Assembly (NCBI GenBank): GCA_963666835.2
Contig: CAXXGO010000006.1
Coordinates: 768,001 to 832,000, forward strand
Direction of reading: 5' to 3'
From: Phycisphaerae bacterium
Lineage (GTDB): Bacteria > Planctomycetota > Phycisphaerae > UBA1845
DNA length: 64,000 bases
In this document: positions 28,585-37,639 of the stretch, one piece after another
How the letters are laid out: each line of letters begins with the position of its first letter
Position numbering within the stretch: the stretch's first letter is position 1
The notes under the pieces: generated by a model
Seen by the model: the letters and a program-made list of their open reading frames with translations, nothing else
Database searches by the model: none
Told to the model about the DNA's origin: nothing
Program-made: the position numbers and the translations under genes

Positions 28585-29142
28585 ATGAACAAGGCCGAAG
28601 ACGAATACGGTCCGAACTGGGAGCTGGTCGACGGGTACCTGAAGGAGATCCACAAGGGCTTCCTATTCGAGAATCTCGGGAAAACCGATCGGGCGGACGC
28701 AACCGTGCAACGTATCTGGGACTGGGGCGTCTTCCAGGAGGCCATGGACTACAGCCTCGAGGACGCTTCACCAGACAATTGCCGCTATTTGGCGTTCCTG
28801 TCACAGTGTGACGACGCGCACTTCCGGAATAAGGCGCTCGCTGCAGAACACGGCCGCACGGAACACCTCAAGAATGCTGCCGGGGAAGCATCGGAGGGTT
28901 ACGCATGTGAGGTTGGAGGGAATGAAGCCCCGGGTTATTACAGACTCGCTCGTACAGTTGAGCCGGACTACTACTGGGAGGCTTCGGTCCACCATCATTG
29001 TATCTATATTGCCTGTGAGATGGTCGTGGCCGATTTGACGGATGTCCATCTGCTGCGCGACATGTGGTACTGGTATCGCGCCGGCCACTGGCCTTGCGGA
29101 TGGGAGGGCGAATGGCCCGACGGCCGACTTATCGTGTACTAG
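28585..29142 (+). CDS. Hypothetical protein, immunity-protein-like
   Basis: Acidic, aromatic-rich 185-aa ORF ending WYRAGHWPCGWEGEWPDGRLIVY, a C-terminal motif I associate with putative polymorphic-toxin immunity proteins. Confidence 0.6.
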   Translation: MNKAEDEYGPNWELVDGYLKEIHKGFLFENLGKTDRADATVQRIWDWGVFQEAMDYSLEDASPDNCRYLAFLSQCDDAHFRNKALAAEHGRTEHLKNAAGEASEGYACEVGGNEAPGYYRLARTVEPDYYWEASVHHHCIYIACEMVVADLTDVHLLRDMWYWYRAGHWPCGWEGEWPDGRLIVY

Positions 29143-29431
29143 ACGATCGGCGGCATCTGGGCGCTGACAGAGAACCGCGGCAGGTCTCGTGCCTCGACCT
29201 GCCCTACGAGACTGCTTACCTTCTTCTCTGCTTGAGGGGTCCTTCAAACCGTCGCCGGCTTGTTATTATCGGCACCTGGCGCAGCGACTGCGCGGTTTGC
29301 TAAGGTGGACTACGCCCGAATACAGGACCTTGCGAATCAGGATTGAACTCCGGTATGATGGATCCTTCGTAGGTGGTTGGGGCTCCCTCGTCGACAGGGG
29401 GACGAAGCTGCGCAAGGAGCAGGAGGGGATT

Positions 29432-32167
29432 ATGGTACTCTCACGTTTTACCGGTTCGCTCGCAATAATACTGTGTTTGGTTGTCTGTGTTGTTGTGCCG
29501 ACCGCTATGGTGCGCGGCGACGGATTCTCAGACGGGCTTGGCGATTTCAATGACGACGGCTACGTCGATTTGACCGACATGGCGAGCCTGGCTGATTGTC
29601 TGCTGGGCCCGGCGGGCGGGGAATCGCCGGAGTGTGCCCCGGGTGACGCCGATTCCGATGGCGACGTGGACATGTACGATGTGGCCGCGGTGCTCAATGT
29701 GTTTGGGGCGAGCCCCGCAGACTGCAACCTCAACGGGGTGCCGGACGAACAGGACATTTACGAGGGCACCAGCGACGACTGCAACACAAACACCATTCCG
29801 GACGAATGTGAGATTGCCGACGGTAGTTGCTTCGACTGCAACTGGAATGGCATTCTCGACGTGTGCGACGTTGCTCCGGGCGGTCCGATCCACCCCGACC
29901 TTGTCCATCGTTACAGCTTCTCAACCGGACCGGAAGATTCCATCGGCGTGGCACACGGTGTAATGCACGGTGGGGCGCTTATCGAAAGCGGTGCGGTCGT
30001 TTTCGACGGGGTCGATGACTATGTGGAACTGCCGATCGGGGCGACCATTGGCACGCTTACGGATGCCACGATCGAAGCCTGGGTGGATTGGAGCCATAGC
30101 GGAGGCACTTGGCAACGCATCTTCGATATCGGAACGGATACCAGCGCCTACATGTTCCTGACGCCGAATGTCGCCGGTCATCCACGTTTCGCCATCCGGT
30201 CCCCGACCCAGAACGAGCAAATCATCGAGACGCTCGATGCGTTTCCAACGGGGCTGACCCATGTGGCTGTCGTCATAGATGACGCTGCCGGGCAGGGCTA
30301 TCTGTACATCGACGGCCAGCCGGTTGCCGAGAACCCGACCGTGACCCTGAGTCCATCCGACTTGGGCGAGTCTGCTATCGGCTACCTGGGCAAGTCGTTC
30401 TGGCCTGACCCGTTTTTCAACGGTCGGATCAGCGAGTTTAGGATTTATGCCGGAGCCTTAGAGTCCGCCGAGGTATCCGCCAGCTTCACGGCCGGACCGG
30501 ATGCGGTTGCCCCTCCGGCGAGCCCGGATTGCAACGGCAACGATGTGCCGGACGAATGCGACATCGTCCCCGGGGATTTGCCGGATTCCATTCGGCACCG
30601 CTGGAGCTTCACAACCAGTGCAGCGGACCGCATCGGCGACGCCGACGGAACCCTGCACAACGGGGCGAGTCTGACCGATCAGGGCGTGTATCTTGACGGG
30701 GAGGACGACTTCGTGGCGCTTCCTATCGGATCGACCATGGAGACCACGACGAGCTTCACCTTGGAGGCGTGGCTGACTCTGCACGGCGGCGTCAACGATC
30801 CGCGTTTGTTCGAGTGTGGGCGAGACAGTGCCAATTACTTGTTCTTGACTCCGAAGAGGGGCGGCTGGCCCGTACCGCCGCGGTACCGGATCACCCGGAA
30901 TGGGATCTCGCAGGATTCTGTGGTGGCGACGGATTCCCTGCTGCAAAGCTCGCCGGCGCACCTGGCCGTGACGTACGACGCGACGACGCAGTTGGGGCAG
31001 ATGTATATCGACGGGTTGCCCAACGGACCGAGTGTCTCGGTGTTGGCATCACCGGCCAACCTCGGAACGGGAATTCAGGCGTTTCTCGGAAAGTCGATTC
31101 TCGATGCTAACTTCTTGTATGCTACGGTTGCCGAGTTCAGAGTCTACGATGAGGCGCTGACGGCGCAGGATCTGGCGGACAACTACTCGGTCGGCCCGGA
31201 TGCGGAGAACCCGGGCGGATCATCCGACAACAACGAAAACGGCATTCCCGACGAATGCGAGGCCCAGGACTGCAATGACAACGGTGTCGCCGACTCCGAG
31301 GACATCGCGGCCGGCACCAGCTTCGACTGCAACGGGAACGCCGTTCCGGACGAATGCGATCTGGACGAAGGCACCAGTGACGACTGCAACTTCGACAACG
31401 TGCCCGATGAATGCTGGTTCGGCCCGCCGGAGGGATACGGGCTTCTGTTCGACGGGCAGACGGCGTACGTGAATTTGGGAACGCCTTCATCCTTGACGGA
31501 ACTTGCGGTGGGTGATTTCACGATAGAGACGTGGATTCGCACTGTTGATACCTCGCGGAGTATCTTGATCGGCAACTATAACGAAAACCCGGCCTGGAGC
31601 TTCGAGCTGCACTCCAACGAGCCGGGCTCGGGACATTTGCGGGTCTACCTCGCGGGCGAGGACCATCATGATGACGTCACGGTGGCAGACGGAGTCTGGC
31701 ATCACGTGGCGGTCGTGCGCAAGCTTCCTCCTGATGGATATGTCCGGATGTTCGTCGATGGTGAAGAAGCATACGCGAGCGAATCGACTATTGGCGGATA
31801 CTCCATCGGTCACGATACCATGCTGGCACGTGATCCGCGACCGCAGACGTATTACTACAACGGGGCCATGGATGAAGTTCGGGTGTGGAACCTGGTTCGC
31901 ACCGAGGATCAGATTGCCGCGGAGATGTTCAATCCGTTGACGGGGACCGAGACCGGGTTGGTCGGTTACTGGCGGCTGGATACCGGGAGCGGGTCCGTTG
32001 CGTTCGACTCGGCGGGCACCGCCGACGGCGTTCTCGAGCAAGGTCCGCCCTGGCTTGTAGTCTCGCCCGATTGCAATAACAATCTGGTGCTTGACGAGTG
32101 CGATATCGCCGAGGGCACGTCACTCGACTTTGATCATGACGGCGTCCCGGACGAGTGCCAGTACTAG
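29432..32167 (+). CDS. Secreted protein: N-terminal dockerin-like EF-hand pair, three LamG/ConA-like domains, DCNxNxxPDEC repeats
   Basis: Signal peptide, GDFNDDGYVDL.D and GDADSDGDVD.YD. Three T(I/L)E(A/T)W...H(V/L)AV...(Y/F)(I/V)DG...E.R.(Y/W) units. About ten DCNxN repeats. Confidence 0.88.
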   Translation: MVLSRFTGSLAIILCLVVCVVVPTAMVRGDGFSDGLGDFNDDGYVDLTDMASLADCLLGPAGGESPECAPGDADSDGDVDMYDVAAVLNVFGASPADCNLNGVPDEQDIYEGTSDDCNTNTIPDECEIADGSCFDCNWNGILDVCDVAPGGPIHPDLVHRYSFSTGPEDSIGVAHGVMHGGALIESGAVVFDGVDDYVELPIGATIGTLTDATIEAWVDWSHSGGTWQRIFDIGTDTSAYMFLTPNVAGHPRFAIRSPTQNEQIIETLDAFPTGLTHVAVVIDDAAGQGYLYIDGQPVAENPTVTLSPSDLGESAIGYLGKSFWPDPFFNGRISEFRIYAGALESAEVSASFTAGPDAVAPPASPDCNGNDVPDECDIVPGDLPDSIRHRWSFTTSAADRIGDADGTLHNGASLTDQGVYLDGEDDFVALPIGSTMETTTSFTLEAWLTLHGGVNDPRLFECGRDSANYLFLTPKRGGWPVPPRYRITRNGISQDSVVATDSLLQSSPAHLAVTYDATTQLGQMYIDGLPNGPSVSVLASPANLGTGIQAFLGKSILDANFLYATVAEFRVYDEALTAQDLADNYSVGPDAENPGGSSDNNENGIPDECEAQDCNDNGVADSEDIAAGTSFDCNGNAVPDECDLDEGTSDDCNFDNVPDECWFGPPEGYGLLFDGQTAYVNLGTPSSLTELAVGDFTIETWIRTVDTSRSILIGNYNENPAWSFELHSNEPGSGHLRVYLAGEDHHDDVTVADGVWHHVAVVRKLPPDGYVRMFVDGEEAYASESTIGGYSIGHDTMLARDPRPQTYYYNGAMDEVRVWNLVRTEDQIAAEMFNPLTGTETGLVGYWRLDTGSGSVAFDSAGTADGVLEQGPPWLVVSPDCNNNLVLDECDIAEGTSLDFDHDGVPDECQY

Positions 32168-32531
32168 AGTGGGTGGCCCACGTCCTTTTGTATTTGGCGT
32201 ATGCGGCGAACCGCGGCGGGTCAATCAGCACCGTCCCGGCTGGACGTGGGGGAGCCAATGATCAGCGGGAGCACATGTGGTCCGCACAGCAGACCCTGCC
32301 TACTCGACGTTGCTTCACAGGGTTCAGAGACTATCATCGGAGGTTCGCGGTAGCGGGTGTGCCACTGCTCTTGAGCAGTGCAGGAACGGAAGCCGTTCGC
32401 GTAGCGCGGCATCTTGCCTGCAGAATGCGCACAACGCCAGGAATCGCGGCAGGTCTCGTTCCTCGACCGTGCCCTACGAGAATATAGGATTGAGAGACTA
32501 TCCCCGACGCGGGTGCCCCATACATCCCGGC

Positions 32532-34509
32532 GTGCGTTGGGCTGGATTAGTCGCGCCGACTACCCGCCGGGATGGGTGGGGGGAAAGCGCCGGTAAGCCG
32601 GTGAGGAGTAGTGGATGAGAGAGCCATACGGTGAAGGAATAGCGAACCACACCGACCCCGAGTCATACTGTGGTGTCCGCAAGGGCATGGCGGGAGCGTT
32701 GACAGGGGCACGTGCGGGCCGGCCATTGAGCCGTGAAAGCCTTTTACTCCGGAGTGCCGACGCCGTCCCCCAAGGCGGAAGGCAACACCGGAGGGCGTCG
32801 TTAACGCGAGACGCCTTTCGGACTCCGCGCGGTCTTAGAACCCGAGCACGCACGGAAACTCCTCACGCGGAACCCGGGAGATCCCGCGTTCGGCCTCGAA
32901 CATGGCATCGAGGTCCGCAGTGTGAATCCATAGGAGCACGACACTGATGCACGGGCGCGGGAAGTCGGACAGGCCCATAGTACCGAAGAAGACTGCGAAC
33001 AACGGTGATCCCCCGGCGGGGAGGTCGTCCGCGGAGCAGTTGGAGGAAAGGGGCCTGGCCAAGGGCAACTCGATTCGACACGACAGGCACCGTACGCAGA
33101 GCCGGGATCGTCTGCAAAGCGGGTTGGATCGGGTACGACAGGCAGCGGTAAAGGATAAGGATTTACAGTTCACCACGCTTTGGCACCACGTCTATGATGT
33201 CGCTCGCCTCCGGGAGGCGTACTTGAGCCTCAAGCATGCTTCGGCACCGGGGATGGACGGCATGACATGGGAGGCGTACGGCAGGGACCTAGAAGAACAC
33301 CTCTTGGATCTGTCGGCACGTCTACAGCGCGGAGCGTACCGAGCGAGGCCGGTCAAGCGGGTCTACATTCCGAAACCCGATGGACGGCAGAGACCAATAG
33401 GGATTCCCGTGTTGGAAGACAAGATCGTCCAACGGGCGATGACCGATGTGCTCTCGGCTGTCTACGAGGCAGACTTCCTCGGGTTCTCCTACGGATTTCG
33501 ACCAGGACGGGACGCCCATCAGGCGTTAAGTGCCCTGACTGTCGGCATCGAGAGGAAGAAGGTGAATTGGGTGCTGGATGCAGACATTCGTGGATTCTTC
33601 GATGCCATAGACCACGATTGGCTGATCAAGTTCGTCGAGCACCGGATCGCAGACCAGCGTGTCGTGCGTCACGTGAAGAAGTGGCTGAACGCCGGCGTGC
33701 TGGAGGACGGGTGTCGAAGGGACACGGAGACGGGGACGCCGCAGGGGGGCAGTATCAGCCCGCTATTGGCGAACATCTATCTCCATTACGCCTTCGACTT
33801 GTGGGCCCGCCAATGGCGACGGACGCAAGCTCACGGAGATGTGATTATCGTGAGATATGCGGACGACTTCGTGGTGGGATTTCAACAGCGAGAGGATGCC
33901 GAGCGGTTTCGGGATGAGCTGACGGATCGCCTCCGGAAGTTCAAGCTGGAGCTACATGCGGACAAGACTCGTCTGATTGAGTTCGGCCGTTTTGCGTCGA
34001 CCAATCGCAAGCGAGAAGGCCGCGGCAAACCGGCGACCTTCGAGTTTCTGGGTTTTCGCCACATCTGTGGCAAGACCCGGCGTGGGAGGTTCACGGTACT
34101 ACGGCAGACTGTCGCGAAACGACGGCGTGCGAAGCTCAAAGCGATTAAGCAAGAGCTTCGGCGACGTATGCATGCCCCCGTCCGAGAGGTGGGCGCGTAT
34201 TTGCGGGCGGTGGTTCGCGGGTACTATCAGTATTATGCGGTACCGCGGAACTACCCGGCCTTAACGGCATTTCGGGATGAGGTTGTCCGTCTTTGGCGCT
34301 GGACGCTCCGGCGTCGCAGCGAGAAGACTCGGATTACCTGGGCCCGCATGAACCGTTTGGCCAAGCAGTGGATACCTGCTCCCAAAATCCTACATCCTTA
34401 CCCCGACCGACACCTGGCCGTTATGACCCAAGGCAGGAGCCCAGTGCGGTAGTCCCGCACGCTGGGATCTGTGGAGGGGGTCCCGGGTAACCGGGATTCC
34501 TACTCCGAC
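32532..34509 (+). mobile_element. Group II intron (IIB-like, probably bacterial class E/F type; 5' boundary either GTGCG 32532 or GTGCC 32513)
   Basis: Domain I-like motifs (GAAGG..TAGCGA, CCCCGAGTCAT...GCGTTGACAGGGG). Domain V GAGCCCAGTGCGGTAGTCCCGCACGCTGGGATC (34437-34469). Domain VI with bulged A ending CCGAC at 34509. Confidence 0.9.
32947..34452 (+). CDS. ltrA: Group II intron reverse transcriptase/maturase without endonuclease domain
   Basis: APGMDG, RVYIPK.DG.QRPIGIP, SYGFRPGR, LDADI.GFFD, GTPQGG, RYADD and FEFLGF motifs, then domain X (GYYQYYAVP). No HNH domain. Confidence 0.96.
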   Translation: MHGRGKSDRPIVPKKTANNGDPPAGRSSAEQLEERGLAKGNSIRHDRHRTQSRDRLQSGLDRVRQAAVKDKDLQFTTLWHHVYDVARLREAYLSLKHASAPGMDGMTWEAYGRDLEEHLLDLSARLQRGAYRARPVKRVYIPKPDGRQRPIGIPVLEDKIVQRAMTDVLSAVYEADFLGFSYGFRPGRDAHQALSALTVGIERKKVNWVLDADIRGFFDAIDHDWLIKFVEHRIADQRVVRHVKKWLNAGVLEDGCRRDTETGTPQGGSISPLLANIYLHYAFDLWARQWRRTQAHGDVIIVRYADDFVVGFQQREDAERFRDELTDRLRKFKLELHADKTRLIEFGRFASTNRKREGRGKPATFEFLGFRHICGKTRRGRFTVLRQTVAKRRRAKLKAIKQELRRRMHAPVREVGAYLRAVVRGYYQYYAVPRNYPALTAFRDEVVRLWRWTLRRRSEKTRITWARMNRLAKQWIPAPKILHPYPDRHLAVMTQGRSPVR

Positions 34510-34625
34510 ACGGATGAGTATCCGAGTCGAGTTTACATAGCGCAATCGATTCCCCACCCTTCGCCCGGTGCATAATGCGGATGCCGTGCTTTTGTCCCGG
34601 TACAATGCTCTTCGTCTACTGCGGT

Positions 34626-36221
34626 CTAATCCAAGGCGAAGGACGGGGCACCCTCCGCGGGGGTTGCAGGCGCCGGCTCCTCGACCATTGCCATGATCGA
34701 CCCGTCGTCAAGGCAGTCAAGCGCGACCTCCGTTACATCCGGATCGAACTGCCGGCCGGCACTGTTGTGCAGCTCCGATCGAACGCGCGCGGTGTCGTAG
34801 GCCGGTTTGTAGCTTCGGGACGAGAACATCGCGTCGATCGCATCGGCCAGAGCCAACACCCGCGCTCCGATGGGGATTCGATCGCCGCCGAGCCCGTACG
34901 GGTATCCGTTGCCGTCGTAACGCTCGTGATGGTGCAGGATCAAAGGCCGCTCGTCGGCTAAGAACGACACGTGGCCGAGGATATCAAGAGCCGTTTCCGG
35001 ATGCCGCTTGATCACGTCGAACTCTTCGTCGGTCAATCGGCTCGGTTTGGTGAGGATGGCGTCGGGCACCCCGATCTTACCGATGTCGTGCAGGAGGGCG
35101 GCCGCGCGGATCGAGCCGATTACGTGGTTACGCAGTTTCATTCGCCGGCTGATGGTCTCGGCGTAGCCGGCTACCGTCATACAGTGGGTGCGGGTGAACG
35201 GGTCCTTAGCTTCGACGGCGGCCGCCAAAGCCCGCGTGGACTCCAGATATGTGGAGCGCAGTTGCTGCCGCACTCGCTGTCTCCATTGGGTGACATCGCG
35301 AACGGATACGCGAGTGAGATCGCGGTGCAGGGCGTGTTCCCCGACTATCTCGTGCCAGGACACGATCCGATTACCTCCTTGGTGCTTGGCGTGATCGAGA
35401 GCGATGCGGGCATGGCGGATGAGCTGCTGTTCCGACTCAATGAACCCGCTGGTACTCTCGGCTACGCCGATACTGACCGTGATTTCGTGGCTCTCCCCGT
35501 CGTACACCACCGGATTGCGGCGCATCTGTCCGCGGCACCGGCGGGCCAAACGCAACGCCTGCTCCGCCGGTGAGCCGGGTAGGGCGACGATGAAACGATC
35601 CGAGCCGTACGGTGCCACAATGTCGGAGCGGCGGCACACGTTCCCCAGGGTCATCGCAAACCACTCCAGGACCCGGTTACCGAAGGTCGGACAGTAGCGG
35701 TCGTTGCAATCGCGAAACCGATCAAGGTCCAACATCATTACCGTGAGCGGCTCGCCCTGCCGGCGACAACGTCCGCGAAACGCCGCCAGGCTCTCGAGAA
35801 AAGTCCCGTGCCGCAAATCGGGGGCGGCGGCCGCGCCCGTCCGGAACAGCGGCGTACGCCGGGCGTCATCGATTACCCGGAGAAACTCGTCCGCGCCGAA
35901 CGATTCTTCGAGGCAATCCCAAGCCCCGGCCCGGAACGCCGCGCGCGTCGAGGCGGCGTCGCCGCTGGGAACCAGGGCAATCACTCTAATGTCGGAAGCT
36001 CCCCGCCGCAGGGTGGATAACGTACGGTCGATGGACGAGTCCTTGCCCGCCTCGATCGGGATCACCGCCGCCGCAACCGTATCGCCTTCGACGCGGCCTT
36101 CGAGGCTTTCGAAGTCGGACACCGCGACCCCGCGCACGCCATGCCGGGCCAGCAGATTCGCCAGGCGACACCGCGTATCGGCGTTGTGATGCAGGATCAG
36201 AATCGTGTTGTTCTTTTCCAC
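34626..36221 (-). CDS. Pseudo-REC + degenerate GGDEF + HD-GYP c-di-GMP phosphodiesterase
   Basis: REC-like N-terminus lacking the acidic residues. MLDLDRFR...RRSDIVAPYGSDRF. HDIGK and HHHERYDGNGYP motifs. Confidence 0.9.
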   Translation of the reverse strand: MEKNNTILILHHNADTRCRLANLLARHGVRGVAVSDFESLEGRVEGDTVAAAVIPIEAGKDSSIDRTLSTLRRGASDIRVIALVPSGDAASTRAAFRAGAWDCLEESFGADEFLRVIDDARRTPLFRTGAAAAPDLRHGTFLESLAAFRGRCRRQGEPLTVMMLDLDRFRDCNDRYCPTFGNRVLEWFAMTLGNVCRRSDIVAPYGSDRFIVALPGSPAEQALRLARRCRGQMRRNPVVYDGESHEITVSIGVAESTSGFIESEQQLIRHARIALDHAKHQGGNRIVSWHEIVGEHALHRDLTRVSVRDVTQWRQRVRQQLRSTYLESTRALAAAVEAKDPFTRTHCMTVAGYAETISRRMKLRNHVIGSIRAAALLHDIGKIGVPDAILTKPSRLTDEEFDVIKRHPETALDILGHVSFLADERPLILHHHERYDGNGYPYGLGGDRIPIGARVLALADAIDAMFSSRSYKPAYDTARVRSELHNSAGRQFDPDVTEVALDCLDDGSIMAMVEEPAPATPAEGAPSFALD

Positions 36222-36520
36222 TGCGTTGTCCCGACCCAAGCCTTGGGATTGATCACGTCACTGGCCATATCGTCATGAGGTGAGCCGTGGGTTAGCTTCG
36301 CCGCGTCAGCCCCTTATCGGCTCGGGTAAGGTGCGAAAACTCGCCCGGGCAGAAGTGGAATCGACGTCCTGCTTACCCCGTCCGTTTCAGGAAACCGCTT
36401 TATCCAGCCGAAAAAAGCGTGCCCCCGGGGATAATCCACGAGTGCCACATGGTGTCACTTAGGGGTTATTAGCCGCGCAATCGACGGGCGGAATAACGAG
36501 GGACGAACCGGTAATCCGGA

Positions 36521-36791
36521 GGGTCCGCTGTGCGGACCATTTGGCTCGCTCCGCACGGTGGTCCGCACAGCGGACCCTACCCGCTTATCGCCCCGGACAA
36601 GCGACCGACAACCCATAAGAGCCGCGCGCACCCCGTACGAGCCCCCGCCCTTATCGGCGCACGAAGTTTGTAGTTTGGGTCCGCTGTACGACCGTCTGGC
36701 TCCGCCGAACGACAGCGTCGGAACACCGCGCCGGCTTCGGCATGACCACAGGGTCCGAGAACCGAGATCGTAGGGGGCCGCTTTGCGGACC
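36521..36791. repeat. REP family D cluster (GTAGGGTCCGCTGTGCGGACC)
   Basis: Inverted pair at 36521-36538 / 36560-36580. Variants at about 36670 and 36770, plus 32279-32299. Confidence 0.8.
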
Positions 36792-36853
36792 GTTTGCTTC
36801 CCACCGCACAGTGGCCCGCAGAGCGGCCCCTATCCCGCTTTCTGAAAACGGTG

Positions 36854-37348
36854 CTAAAGCGCTTTCTTCTTGCCCAAAGCCGCCCGGCATGCGGTAAGCT
36901 GGCCGATGTGCCAGAACTGGTGGGTGCCCGTCAGGCTCCACAGTGCGCCTAGCGTGGGAAAGACATCCTGGGGGACGTCGTTCGGAGTGGGTTCGTCCCA
37001 CCTTCTGGGGTCGAACCGCTCAAGAGCGTCGATGGTCCGCGCCCGCTGATCCAGAAACAGCCGGTCGATTTCACTGCGGGGAGGATACTCGTCGGCGTTC
37101 GATCGGCATTCGCTACCGCGGGCACATAGCCCGCGAACGGACTCGGAAATCGCCGAAGGCGCGCCGGTTGCCACCTGAACCGCCCAATCCTCACCGACAG
37201 CCGTGTGCCCCAAAAGCCACGCGACGTGGTTAGTGCCCGCCGCAGGGATTGTGAAGTAATCTTCGTCGGTCAGGTCGGCCGTGAACTTCTCGATCAGGGT
37301 ACGACCGAAAGCGAGTTGCCCGATGATGACGTCATTCGGCCGAACCAT
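36854..37348 (-). CDS. DinB-like family protein
   Basis: NHVAWLLGH...HQFWHIGQL His triad of the DinB/YfiT fold. Confidence 0.85.
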   Translation of the reverse strand: MVRPNDVIIGQLAFGRTLIEKFTADLTDEDYFTIPAAGTNHVAWLLGHTAVGEDWAVQVATGAPSAISESVRGLCARGSECRSNADEYPPRSEIDRLFLDQRARTIDALERFDPRRWDEPTPNDVPQDVFPTLGALWSLTGTHQFWHIGQLTACRAALGKKKAL

Positions 37349-37639
37349 GATGGCCTCCCTTCGGCGAGCTGCTCCTGAAATCAGGAACGTGTATCGAACC
37401 CATCCACACCACAGGCGGTGAATATACGCCGGCGTACCGCGGCCTTCAAGATTCGGCGAAGGGCGGACCATGACGCCGATCCCTCGTGACGGACGGATAC
37501 GTGGCTCCCTTGCGTTGCCTGCGATACAATTTCTGCGGGTGACCTCTCGTTCGTGCCGGTGGCGCGTCGAGATCGCGAACACGACCCTCTGTAGGCCGCA
37601 TGACCATTCGCCGCGGACTTAACCGACGGGCGCGAACTG

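Noticed and set aside
32947..34452. RT as retron, DGR or defence RT
   Set aside because: YADD, domain X and clear intron domains V/VI identify a group II intron. No TR/VR pair or msr/msd was seen.
36240..36500. c-di-GMP riboswitch or sigma54 promoter upstream of the HD-GYP gene
   Set aside because: No GEMM consensus was recognisable, and TGGCAC on the minus strand lacks the TTGC -12 element.
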